The notes below the pieces were generated by a model. It searched no databases. It had not been told where the DNA came from and worked only from the letters and a program-made list of their open reading frames with translations. A program made the position numbers and the translations under genes. DNA of 64,000 nt from Malacoraja senta (taxonomy: Eukaryota): contig JAXLNO010001219.1 in assembly GCA_038087875.1 (NCBI GenBank), positions 1 to 64,000 on the forward strand, written 5' to 3'. Below are positions 1 through 11,636 of this stretch, piece after piece (within the stretch, counting starts at the first letter, position 1; the number at the start of each line of letters is the position of its first letter).

Positions 1-836
1 CAACGGGATGCCACAACTAGTCACATCTTTCCATCTCCTTCGCTTTTTGCGTTCCCTCCGCAACTCCCTGGTCAACACGTCCTCTCCCCCCCCCCTCCCC
101 TCGTCCCCAGGTACCTTCCCCTACAACTGCAGGAGATGCAACACCAGTCACTATATATCCCCCCCTTTACTCCGTCCATGGGCCTCAACAGTCTTTTCGG
201 GTGAGGCAGAGGGTGGCTTGCATCTCCTCTAACCTCATCTACTCTATCCGCTGTTCCAGGTGTGAACAAGCGGATATAGTAGATGGGAGACCAAGCGCAG
301 ACTCGGCGATCGTTTCGCTGAACAACTCCGCTCAGTCTGCCTCGGCCTACGCTACATCCCGATTGCTAAACACTTTTATTCCCCCTCCCATTCCCAAACT
401 GATCTTTCCGTCCTGGACCTCCTCCAGTGTCAGAGTGAGGCCAAAGGCAAATTGGAAAAACAGCGCCTCATATTTCGCTTGGGCAGCTTACAACCCAGCG
501 CTTTGAATATTGACATCTCTAACTTCAAGTAACCCTTGCTTTACTCCTTTCCATCCCGCCCCCATCCGAAACCTCCAATTAGATTCACCTGATAATATTT
601 TACTGATTGTACGCCTCGTTGTCACCTTCCCTTCAGCTGACAATGATTCAATCTACATTTCCCTTTAACATTGTCACCTTTGATCACTTGTTTTAACATC
701 TTATCCTTCCATTTCTCTTCTGTCACCCAGAACATGACTGTCAGGCTGGAGAAGGGTCTCGATCCGAAACTTCACCCACTCCTTCTCTCGAGAGATGCTG
801 CCGGCTCCGCTGAGTTCCCCCAGCATTTTGTGTCTC
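1..836 (+). mobile_element. Penelope-like retroelement 3' fragment (GIY-YIG endonuclease end plus pLTR-like tail)
   Basis: A frame not in the ORF track reads [17 protein letters not shown]...[12 protein letters not shown]...[21 protein letters not shown] (stop at about 530-532). A degenerate ctggagaagggtctcgatccgaaac motif follows at about 746. Near-identical copy at 28632-29467. Confidence 0.8.
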
Positions 837-1774
837 TCTTAAAGCGATCGTAATTAGTTTTCGCGATTAAATTACAAGGCATTGAATTGTGTTTTTGGCA
901 CGCTGGTCTTCATCAGTGAGAACATTCAGAATATAATTTGAGATAATATGCTTCAGACGTGCAGATGTTCAGTCCACACTTTGGGAATTGTGTTCAGCTT
1001 CAGTCACTCAGCTCCAAGAAAAGTTGAGATGGACAGCGTGCAGAAAGGTTTTAGGGCGACGTTGCCTGGACAGGATGGGATTGACGCAGGGAGCGATTGG
1101 ACAAACTCAGACTTCATTCCTTAGTGTGGAAATGATTGAGAGAGGAACTTATAGAAATGAATCAATCACGAGAAGCATGTTCATTTTCCCACGATGTGTG
1201 GAATCAAAAAGTGGAGGACAGAGGTAATGGGAACTATTTAAAGAGGGAGGAATAGTAAGGTGCCATTGACCGTAATGGCATGTTTTGTACAGATGAGTGG
1301 CCGAAGCTGAACACAATTCGCACAAGTTCGACCTCAATAACATATGTACAACTGAAACATAACATCCCAACATATGTTCTGAGGGACAACATTTTCCACA
1401 CATTGGGTAATATGTACATGGAACCTGCTGCCAGGGGAAGTTGTTGAGGCAGAATAGCAGCATTTAAAATAAATTTTGGATATTTGCGTAGATTGGGATC
1501 ATTGCGAGTGATAAATGAGAAACGCGGACATATGGAAATGTCATAGAAAGACATGTTGGTCGGCATTAATGAGCTGTTGTGATGGGCATCTTTCGGTTCT
1601 CAATAACTCTAACCTTCTTCGGTTTCTGCGCTTCGCACACTCCCAGAGATGTAGATGAGCCGGTGAGGTATCAACCGGACGGTTCGGGCTGAGATAAAGT
1701 GCTGCTGAGATTTAGCAAGTGTTTGGTTTTTAACAATTCATACAGGTGACTGAATATTTGGTCCATTCCCACAG

Positions 1775-2095
1775 AACCCATGTCTGCTCCTGTGCTCAGT
1801 TATCTGTCAGCAGCAAATGCCTCACGTCTTGGAGGCTCAGTGTCAGTGTCCTGTGAGTCTCTCCGTGGATCCCTTCCCATCCATTACACATGGTTTGAGA
1901 AGAACGAGCATTGGGTTTCAACGATCTTGCAAGGCAATCAACTGGATCTGAGTTGTGAAATCCTCAGAGGTGAACACCTTCGATATTACTGCACAGCCGC
2001 AAATAATCGTGCGACAAAATCCAGTGAAATAGTCAAGGTGAAAGTCTTCAAAGGAGCAGGAACGTGCAGTTATGTGACAGAAATGAACAATGCAG
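1775..2095 (+). CDS. Gene A exon: C2-type Ig domain (C2a), FcR-like/PECAM-like
   Basis: Acceptor cccacag|AA, donor GCAG|gtgagt, 321 nt, phase 1-1. Encodes EPMSAPVL...[16 protein letters not shown]...YYCTAAN. Confidence 0.9.
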
Positions 2096-3343
2096 GTGAG
2101 TGTTCCTCTCGTGTCCCTGAACCTGCTGCTATTCACCTTGTGGTGATGTTCATGTATTTCTTGTTATTTGCAGACGGCATCATTGCAGCCACCGTGAGCT
2201 CATGGTGTAAAATGCGAGAGTTTGTTTGGGGGACTGGCAAATAATTGCCCGTAGCTTCCACCATGGAGGTGTTGAGCAATTTCAGCAAAGGAGAGAAAGA
2301 CATGCACTTGTCATAAAGCGTTGAGTGCACTCCATCAAATTTCTGCCTTCTGCCTTAAAAATGCCGCTTGGCTGCCGCTTAAGGTCTCACAGTCACTTTG
2401 AGACATTGAAAGCAACCAAATGCATTCTGTTTGGATCCGCCATCATTTACAATCAAGGATGTACAATTTCATGATCATGTTCATGATTTTAACTGTTAAT
2501 TTGTGTTAAACTCCAGTAATATCACTAAATTAAATTGTAATCTACTTGGCCGTCACTCCATCAAGTATAACCCTTACTTTTGTCAAAGAGAATTTTGAAA
2601 TGAACTCCCAGTAGGTGTGGAGACGTTCAGATTGGAAGTCCAGAATAGAGTGTGAATGGTTTACATCAGAGACACCAAGCTTATACAATGCCAGCGTTTC
2701 TTAAACTATTTCAGTGCCATTCACCCTTGAGTCTTTATTACAAGATTTAATTCACCCTCCACTAAATATTCTTATGTTTTTTTGGTTATTATCATCTTAT
2801 TTTCACTTGTGCATAATTTTATATATAATTTATTTTGTCACATGAGCAAAAAACATGAATTAACTCATTCACCCCAAAATAATTTCATTCGCCCTTGGGT
2901 AAACCATTCATCAGTTTAAGAAGCACTGGCCGAGGCTACAATTTCGCCGAACACTTGTGTTTGGTCTGTCATGACCCAGAGTCGTACTTGATAGACACCC
3001 CGTTGATGTAGAGCAGCAGCAGTTTGCACCATCTGCACGATGCACTGCAGCAACTCACCAAGACTCCCAAGACATTACCTTCCAATTGCAACAGGCTCCG
3101 TGTTCAATGCATCATTCTTCACCATTCACACCCACATTAGCTGGGAAGCGCTTTGGAACGACGTGCAGATGGTGAGGGACGGTGTACAGTATCTGTCTCA
3201 TCGCAATCTAGGTGGAATTCAACAGAGTTAAGAAAATCATTGGGCGGACGCCCCTGTATACATTGATGTATACTATAATGTATATGTTTGTGAAAGGCTA
3301 ATTTTGCTCTTCAATCTATGAAAGAATTTTCCTTCAGTTTCAG

Positions 3344-3655
3344 GTGCACTGTGGGCAGAGAGCGAAGTACGAGGGGTTGTGGGAAGAGCGATCTCAATCG
3401 ATTGTCACTATGCAGCAGTGTACCGCTCACACACAAAATACTGGTGCCCTGGGACAAGTCGCCAGTGTACACATATAGTGGAAACAAATGGGAAACAAGG
3501 ACAGAGCGGAAGAGTGTCAATCACAGATAACCCGGCACGAGGAATATTTACTGTGACTGTGGAGGATCTTCACTCTGGAGATACAGGATGGTACAGATGT
3601 GGAATTATTACACCTGGCGAACCAACATTTAAAGTACATCTCCAAGTATCTGAAG
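3344..3655 (+). CDS. Gene A exon: CD300/pIgR-like V-type Ig domain (V4)
   Basis: Acceptor tttcag|GT, donor GAAG|gtaggt, 312 nt, phase 1-1. Motifs IDCHY, KYWC-x6-[24 protein letters not shown]. Confidence 0.93.
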
Positions 3656-4229
3656 GTAGGTTTCTCAGTGAGTGACTTCATGTCTCGACTTTGGCATCTG
3701 CATAAAACATTTGTTGGGTCACATATGGGAGCCTGGTGCACAGTTCTGGTCCCCGCTTTATAAAACAAAAGATGTGAAAGGTTTGGAGAGGTTACAGAAA
3801 AATGTCACCGGGATATTTAGTTGGAGGTTACAAATGCAACATGGAAACGGATCCTTCGGCCCACCGAGTCCACACCGACTAGCGATCACCGGTCGCACTA
3901 GTTCTATGTTATTCTACTTTCCCATTCGCTCCCTACACATAATTCTACAATACCGCCATTCTCACACCTCATTAGTGCAACATTATCACTATCAACAAGT
4001 TTATACAAGGAAATTTGAGAGTTGTTGATATTGATACTGTTGCACTAATGAAGTGTTTGAATGTTGGTATTGTAGAATTGTGGCAGAGTTTCAGATTAAA
4101 AGAAGATTAACTGCAGATGCTGGAAATATAAAACAAAGACAGATGGTGCTGCTGTGTATTGGTACAGTGGCAGACATGGTAGTTCTGCCAGCTGGGTGGA
4201 TGGAGAGACACAGAGATGTTCAAATCTGT

Positions 4230-4715
4230 TAAGTTGTGAGGAGAAGGTACAGGGAAGACTTACAAGGATGTTGCGATGACTTGACACTCAGGGAGGGATT
4301 GAGCAGATTAGGACTTTATTTCTTGGAGCGCAGGAGGATGAGGGATGATCTTATGGCAGGTAAAAAATCATGCGAGGAATAGATCGAGTTAATACACAGC
4401 CTTTTGCTCAGAGTAGGGGAATCGAGAACCGGAGGACATGGTTTTAATATGAGGGGGGAATGATTTAACAGGAACCTGGTGAGTCACGTTTTTACACAAA
4501 GGTTGGTAGGCACATGAAACGAACTGCCGACAGAAGTAGTTATGGCAGGTACTATCGTAACATTTAATAAAATATTGGACATGTACATGAATATGATATG
4601 TTTAGTGGGTTAAGGGCCAAGAAAGGGCAGGTGGAACTCGTGTAGATTGGGCGTGTTGGTCTGCGCGGGCAAGTTAGACCGAAGGGCCTGTTTCTACGCT
4701 GTATGACTCTATGAT
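4230..4715 (+). mobile_element. Degenerate CR1 LINE 3' fragment
   Basis: Decayed match to the 3' end of the CR1 ORF2 and UTR seen at 18650-19140. Paralogous copy at about 32860-33345. Confidence 0.65.
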
Positions 4716-4844
4716 TCTATGTAGATGGATGGGTCCGATTCCAAAATGGCGGCTCTGGCTAAGATACAGAGATGGTGGATATTGGCGAGTGTTTGATTTT
4801 CAGATGTTCACTCAGTTGTCTGACTGTTTGCTCCTTTCCCACAG

Positions 4845-5165
4845 ACCCCGTGTCTGTTCCTGTGCTTGGATTTCTGTCACCAGCCAATGTCTCCTGTGTC
4901 GGGGGCTCAATGACAGTGTCCTGTGAGTCGGTCAGTGGATCACCGCCCATTAGCTACAGCTGGTATGAAAAGACCCCATCTGTGGATTCAAAGATCTCAG
5001 ACCAAAATGCCCTGGATCTGCATTGTCAATCATTCAAACACCAGCACCATCAATATTATTGCACAGCCTCCAATAATAATGGAACAAAATCCAGTGAAAT
5101 GGTCAACGTGTCCATCTCCAACAGTGACGTGCCCTGCAGTTTTCTAGTGAAAATCAACGGCACTG
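4845..5165 (+). CDS. Gene A exon: C2-type Ig domain (C2b)
   Basis: Acceptor tcccacag|AC, donor ACTG|gtaagt, 321 nt, phase 1-1. Encodes DPVSVPVL...[16 protein letters not shown]...YYCTASN. Confidence 0.9.
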
Positions 5166-5931
5166 GTAAGTAGTGGGGGGGAATGAGGAGAAGAAGGGGA
5201 AGTGCGGGTGGGGGGTTCATCAGATTACAAGTGATAGAAGCAGAAATAGACCATTCAATCATGGCTGATCTATCTTCCCTTCTTCACCCCATTCTCCTGC
5301 TTTCTCCTCATAACCTCCGTCACCCTGAAATCCCTGCACGTTATTTAAGTAATTTATCAAGATTAATATGATGGAATTATGGCTCATTTGTCAGTACTTG
5401 GTTGTTGGGCTCCAGAAATAGAATTCGTAGTGCTGGTGTAGGCTAGCATCCTGTATAGAATTGCCTCTTGCATTTACACAGCTTTGAACTAGGTTTGCAG
5501 TGACATCAGTCCAAGCACATTCACTTTCCCACCACATGATCCACACACAGATATGGTAAGGGATCAGACATTATCAGTAAATGTGGCCACAGTTAAATCC
5601 TTGACGACGGTATCCCATTTACCAGCACCTCGTCCATTGCAGCAATTCAGGTACCTCCACCTTCTGGGTTTAAAAATATTTCTTGATACCCTTGAAACAT
5701 CCTGCTCCTTAACTTAACCATGTGTTCTCCATATTTACACATATCTATCGTGCAACATTTCCCAAAAATCCACTGTCTATGCAGCTCAGAGTTTTTGTGC
5801 ACCTGTAATTGGTTTCCCCTTCCTCACCTGTCCTGCATGGAATATTATAAAAACCTTATCGAACCCCTCCCCATAACTGCAATGTTTCATCCCAAGCAAC
5901 ACTTCTCTCAAGTCTCAAGTCAAATTGCAAC

Positions 5932-6260
5932 CTTTAGATTAGTTTATGGATACAGCGTGGAAACAGGCTCTTCGACCCACTCGGTGCACACCGTCCAGTC
6001 TTCACCAGTACACTAGTTCCATGGGGACCATTTACAAAGCCAATGAACCGGCAAACTTGCACTACTTTGTAATGCGGGGGGGGGGGAGGGGGGGAGGGGG
6101 GGAGGGGGGGAGGGGGGAGGGGGGAGGGGGGGACAGGAGCACTTGGAGAAAACCCACACGGTCACAGGGAGGTGGTAAAAATTCCGTACATCCGTAGTCA
6201 GGATCGAACCCGGGTCTCTGGCGTTGTAAGGCAGCAACTCTACCGCTGCGCCACTGTGCC
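5932..6260 (-). mobile_element. tRNA-derived SINE
   Basis: The minus strand starts gtggcgcagcggtagagttgctgccttac...ggttcgatcc (A and B boxes), like the other SINE copies in the window. Confidence 0.75.
6076..6132 (+). repeat. G-rich tract, (G6-8 A)n
   Basis: Directly visible runs of G separated by single A residues, inside the SINE. Confidence 0.9.
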
Positions 6261-6452
6261 GTCTACATCTGGCGCCAGAGTTGTTACCAGCACGCCTGCT
6301 TGTCGTAACATCTCCCATTTAATCAACTCACACTGAAGAAACATTATCCTGTCTGTTAAGCCTATCAACTACTTACATCGGAAAACCATACTCCTTTGTT
6401 CAACTGCAAGTGAAAAGCAGTGAAACTGACTTTTATTTCCTTGTTCCAACAG

Positions 6453-6501
6453 GTCATGAATATTCTTGTGAAAATTCGATAACATCCAATAACTCTGCAA
6501 G
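6453..6501 (+). CDS. Gene A exon: 49-nt stalk exon (GHEYSCENSITSNNSA)
   Basis: Acceptor ttccaacag|GT, donor AAG|gtaaac, phase 1-2. Paralogous exon of the same length and phase at 35101-35149. Confidence 0.8.
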
Positions 6502-8833
6502 GTAAACCACTCTGTTTCCAATGGAAGTTACAATATAGTAATTGCTGGTGTTTTGGTTGGGAATGCTTTATTTGGGAGAAATTTGTGCCTGCCTTTCACT
6601 GGCATTAAATGCCCTGAGAGTATTGATCTGAATGCACAGTGGCACAGCCGATAGAATCACAGCCTCACAACGCCACGACCCTGGTTCATTAGGTGCTGTC
6701 TGTGCGTGGTCTGCATGTTTTGCCTTGTATTGTGTTGGTTTAATTTAAGTGCTCCAGTTTCCTCCCAGCTCCCAAAGATGTGCCAGTTGTAAATTGCCCC
6801 GTGTGTACAGGACAGCGGTTGAATCTGTGCATAGGGGATGGGGCGGGGAGGGAGGGAGGGTGTTGGACGGTAGTGGTAGTTGATCAGAAAGTGGGGAAAA
6901 TAAAAATGGGATTGACAGAGGATCCGTGTGAATGTAGTTGACTGTCGGCACAGACCAGAAGGGCCAAATGGCCTGTTTCTATACTGTGTTTCTCCATGGG
7001 TCTTTGATCCAATGAAACCAAATATCGAAGCATAATCAAATTTTGTACGTCCAGCCATGATCACATTGAATGGCGGTGCTGGCTCAAAGGGCCGAATGGC
7101 CTACCCCTGCACCTCTTGTCTATTGTCTATTGTCTATTGTTTCAAGCCTGACACCAAATATAAATGTATCTCTTAAATATTCGTTAATAATATGTATTTA
7201 ACTTGCAAACCAATTATTAGTTAACTCTTCAGAAGGGGGATTACACTGGGTTTACATCTCATTGTGTTGTGTACATGCTTGGATGATAAGAACAAGTTCC
7301 TCCATTTGCTGCTTTTCAGAGAGCGCTTCCTGCAGTATTCACCATGACTTCTCCATCACTAACCTCATCCCATGCTGTGAGATGAATATAGTTGCCAAAC
7401 CCAAGTCTTGCAGTTTAGCTTGGTTGAGACTTGCTCTGGTGTGGTGCTGATAGGTAAATGCATTATGAATTATGGGCTAAGACACCCCACTTGATATCAC
7501 TTGTGGCAACACCTTGCCATTGATGGGGGTCACGCACCAACAATTCGCTGGCGCAGAATGTGAGAAAAGTCTTGAATCAGACCGAATACAGCGAACTGAG
7601 TTAACTCAATCAATCAATCAATCAATCAACCGTTATCGTCATCTTAAACATTTCACACATAAATAAAAACAATAAAAACACTGAAAAAATAAAAAAATAA
7701 AAATAAAAATAAAAAAAAATGAAACAATCCAGTCCCTGATAAAAACAATACGAATAGTTAAAAAGTGCAGGTAAAAAAACAGCAACATTAAAATACAAGT
7801 AAAAACAGTCATAAATAACTGACGCTCCCTTACACATTGAACCTTGAAAACATTGTTTTTTAAATTATCCCTGAATATTCCATCATAATACAGTCATGAA
7901 AGTGGGAACACTTTGTTATTTATCTTGTTACAATTGAAATAGATCTTGCTTTCTATCCCACTCAAGTGTTATGCTTGCGTTAGGAAATAAGAATATTAAT
8001 AAAAGGCACGTCGTTATGAGCGAACCTTTAATCGATTTTTCGAACACACACATACACACACCTACCGCGTTAATCCAAGTAATATCCAGGGGGTGAGATT
8101 AAGCATTATCATTTTTAATTTATTTTATTACTTGGCCTCATCTGTTTCCATATTTATTGTCCCACCTCCCTTCCAACATTAGAATGGATCCCTTTTAATT
8201 ATTCCTCTCTATCCATATGGATTTTATTATAATCTCCTTGCAGCTGCATATTCTTTCTTCCAGGGTATTACACTGTTCTTTGTATCTTTCACACATCCAC
8301 ATTTTCCCTTTCCCGTGACTCCCAGTCTGAAGAAGGGTCTCGACCCGAAACGTCACACATGGGGTCAGGCAGCAAAGATTCGGTGGCGCAGAAAGTGAGA
8401 AAACAGCCTTGAATCAGACCGAATACAGCGAACTGTGTTAATTGATGCTCCCTTACACATTGAACCTTGGAACCTCTCCCGCTGTGTTTCTCCAGCATTG
8501 CGTGTCTATCTACTCTGTAGTCACTGAATTCACTGCTCCATCTAATGACTTATTTCTCTGTCTTCTCCGAATCCATTTAACCGTGTAATCTCTGATACCC
8601 AGTCTTGTAGATATGCTCCAGCAAAGAGGTCAGTAATTGGTGATCATAGGTTGTCCCCCCACCCCCCACCCCCAGTCCAACACCCGTTCTTTCTCCAAGA
8701 TGATCTCCATTGGCTCTGCTGCTTCGCCCCGCTCCACTTCACCAAGATTATGAAGCAAATAACAGGTAAATGTTTCAAAGATAAACCGTCTCGTTTCCTC
8801 CCAGTGATTCTGTATCTCTTGCCCTTTGCCTAG

Positions 8834-8924
8834 TTACATCGCATGGAATGTGGGGCGCTGGTTGTTCTTTCTCCTGCTTGTGATCTGGAGTATCTCAACC
8901 GCGGTGTTCACAAGAGGCTCTAAG
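8834..8924 (+). CDS. Gene A exon: transmembrane segment with Arg (SYIAWNVGRWLFFLLLVIWSISTAVFTRGSK), activating type
   Basis: Acceptor ctttgcctag|T in phase 2, matching the stalk exon; donor AAG|gtaggt in phase 0. Hydrophobic stretch of about 25 aa; CGC (Arg) at 8856-8858. Confidence 0.75.
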
Positions 8925-9316
8925 GTAGGTTCTATTACCATCATGTTCATAAATTATAGGAGCAGAATTGGTCCATTCAACCCATTATACATAATCCGCC
9001 CCCAATCACGACTAATCTAGCCTTCGCTCCCGATCCATCCTCCTGCCTTCTCCGCATATCCCTTGACATCCTTATTTATGAAGAATATGAAAATCTCCGG
9101 CTTAAAAATATCAATTGATTTGGATAGGTACAAAAATACTGGAGTAACTCAGCGGGACAGGCAGCATCTCCGGAGTGAATTGATTTGGCCTCCACAGCCT
9201 CCTATGGTAATGTAATCCATTGATTCACCACCCTCTGCGCAAAACAATCCATTCTCTTCGCCGAATGTATCCAAACGGTTTCCATTAATGCTTTCAAATA
9301 TCCTGTCCATTGATAG

Positions 9317-9343
9317 AAACAAAAATCGTGCGCGTTTTCATAA
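9317..9343 (+). CDS. Gene A putative terminal coding exon (KQKSCAFS*), short tail with no Tyr motif
   Basis: Acceptor ccattgatag|AAA in phase 0 fits the TM donor. Downstream AATAAA at 9965 and 9982. The acceptor is weak, so the call is tentative. Confidence 0.45.
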   Translation, partial: KQKSCAFS

Positions 9344-9964
9344 CCTGAAGTTAAACCAAATCACTATGTAGATGATATCATGTGGTTTTGTCAGGTTGTA
9401 CGTGTGCTGGGTGGATTTCTGTGCGCGGTGTGGATTCGTTGGGGTCCATCCTCCAGACAGCCATGTGTTGGGGGTGGTCGGGTCAAATAAAGCGTGGTTC
9501 CCACTGTCAGTGAGTCTAATGACTTCATATTGTCTTTTGGAGAGACGCGATGAATCAGAACCTCGCCACTCGACACACGAATTACAATGAAGACTCCTAG
9601 CTTGCACCAACAGTGAGGGAATTCTGCACCGCGATGAAATATTTATGCATCATCCTGCTTTGTCAACTGATACCAATTGGACAGAATATATGTCTCTTGC
9701 AATTCAACGAATGGTTTCATGAAAGTAATGTTCCAAACTTTCCAAACCATATCTGTTTCTAAAACTCATTTACCGCACTGGTCTTAATGTTTGTCACCTC
9801 TTCCAAGGTTTCTTTCATCACCTTCGAACCATTGTTTTAACCTCTGCGTGGTTTGTGCTGCTCCAACGTCTTATACTCTGTTAAAATATATTATATGCAT
9901 TCAACTTCCTGGAAAAAAAATGTTTTCGCTGATAAATGAATAATTATGCATCAGGATGCTTCTT

Positions 9965-9987
9965 AATAAATTTTTGTTGTCAATAAA
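9965..9987 (+). terminator. Candidate polyadenylation signals of gene A
   Basis: AATAAA at 9965-9970 and 9982-9987, followed by a T/GT-rich stretch. Confidence 0.4.
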
Positions 9988-10352
9988 TGGTTTGTCTAAT
10001 TTGTTTTGTTTAGACTGTAACTTTAGTGTTGACGAACAGACTGAAATCAGACTGCTGGAGATTCCTCCTGTTGCCAAACGTTAAATGCGTTAAGGAATGG
10101 CAATGATTAATCTTTCAGACCATGCTATCCCATCAGAACAAAACTCCAGATGCTGGTTTAAACTGAAGAGAGACATAGATTCCTGGAGTAACTCAGAGTG
10201 ACAGGCGGCATCTGTGGATATATCGGGTAGGCTTAGGCGCACTCAGCGGCGGTGTTCAACGAATTGATCGCCGATCCTGCGCTTGTACTCGCTTGTAGGC
10301 GATCGTTTCGCTGAACAGCTCCGCTCAATCCGCCTAAACCTACCTGACATCC

Positions 10353-11636
10353 CGGTCAATAGACAATAGACAATAGACAATAGGTGCAGGAGTAGGCCAT
10401 TTGGCCCTTCGAGCCAGCACCGCCATTCAATGTGATCATGGCTGATCATCCCAAATCAGATCAGATCAGATCAGATCAGATCAGATCAGATTCAGATCAG
10501 ATTCAACGTTATTGTCATTGTGCAGTGTACAGTACAGAGACAACGAAATGCAGTTAGCATCTCCCTAGAAGAGCGACATAAATATGAGCAATAAATAAAT
10601 CTAATAAATCCTGGTGGGAGGAGTGTCGGGGGGGTTGATTGGCAGTCACCGAGGTACAGTGTTGAGTAATGTAACAGCAGCAGGGAAGAAGCTGTTCCTG
10701 GACCTGCTGGTCCGACAACGGAGAGACCTGTAGCTCCTCCCGGATGGTAGGAGGGTAAACAGTCTGTGGTTGGGGTGAGAGCAGTCCTTGGCGATGCTGA
10801 ACGCCCTTCGCAGACAACGCTTGCTTTGGACAGACTCAATGGAGGGGAGTGAGGAACCGACGATGCGTTGGGCAATTTTCACCACCCTCTGCAGTGCTTT
10901 CCGGTCGGAGACAGAGCAGTTGCCATACCATACTGTGATGCAGTTGGTAAGGATGCTCTCGATGGTGCAGCGGTAGAAGTTCACCAGAATCTGAGGAGAT
11001 AGATGGACCTTCTTTAGTTTCCTCAGGAAGAAGAGACGCTGGTGAGCCTTCTTGACCAGAGTTGAGGTATTGTGGGCCCAAGAGAGGTCATCGGAGATGT
11101 TGCCCCCCAGGAACCTTAAGCTGGAAACACGTTCCACCTCCGTCCCGTTAATGTGGATGGGGGGTGTGCGTGCCGCCCCTAGACGTCCTGAAGTCTACAA
11201 CGAGCTCCTTGGTCTTCTTGGAGTTAAGGGCCAGGTTGTTGTCAGCGCACCATGCTGCTAGGAGCTGGACCTCCTCCCTATAGGCCGACTCATCGTTGTT
11301 GCTGATGAGGCCAATCACCGTTGTATCATCTGCATACCTGATGATGGTGTTAGTACCATGTACAGGTGTGCAGTCGTAGGTGAAGAGGTGAAATCAGTAC
11401 CCCGTTCCAGCCTTCTCCCCATATCCCCTGACTCCGCAATTTTTAAAAGCCCTATCTATCTCTCTCTTGAAGGCATCCAGAGCACCTGCCTCCACCGCCC
11501 TCTGAGGCATAGAATTCCACAGACTCACCACTCTCTGTGAGAAAAAGTGTTTCCTCGTCTCCGTTCTAAATGGCTTACTCCTTATTCTTAAACTATGGAT
11601 CCTGGTTCTGAACTCCCCGAACATCGGGAACACGTT
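10353..11636 (-). mobile_element. CR1 LINE 3' fragment, split by the Rex1 insertion
   Basis: (AATAGAC)n tail and CR1 3'UTR at 10353-10452. Minus-strand ORF 11394-11633 reads MFPMFGEFRTRIHSLRI...[13 protein letters not shown], the CR1 ORF2 C-terminus. Confidence 0.8.
10453..11397 (-). mobile_element. Rex1/Babar-type non-LTR retrotransposon 3' fragment
   Basis: ORF 10646-11137 (FLG..ISDDLSW...KAHQRLFFLRKLK...FYRCTIESILT..ITVWYG...NSFFPAAV). (ATCAG)n tail at 10455-10502. Flanked by the direct repeat aaatcag at 10453 and 11391. Confidence 0.8.

Noticed and set aside
6076-6132. G-tract here and the C-tract at about 49160-49250 as functional G-quadruplexes
   Set aside because: Both lie in repeat-derived sequence and are absent from the paralogous positions (about 34750 and 52555). 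Homopolymer runs are also error-prone.
8700-8765. Possible 66-nt exon (ctccaag|...ACAG|gtaaat) before the gene A TM exon
   Set aside because: It is open only in phase 1-1. In phase 2, as required by the stalk and TM exons, it hits TGA immediately.
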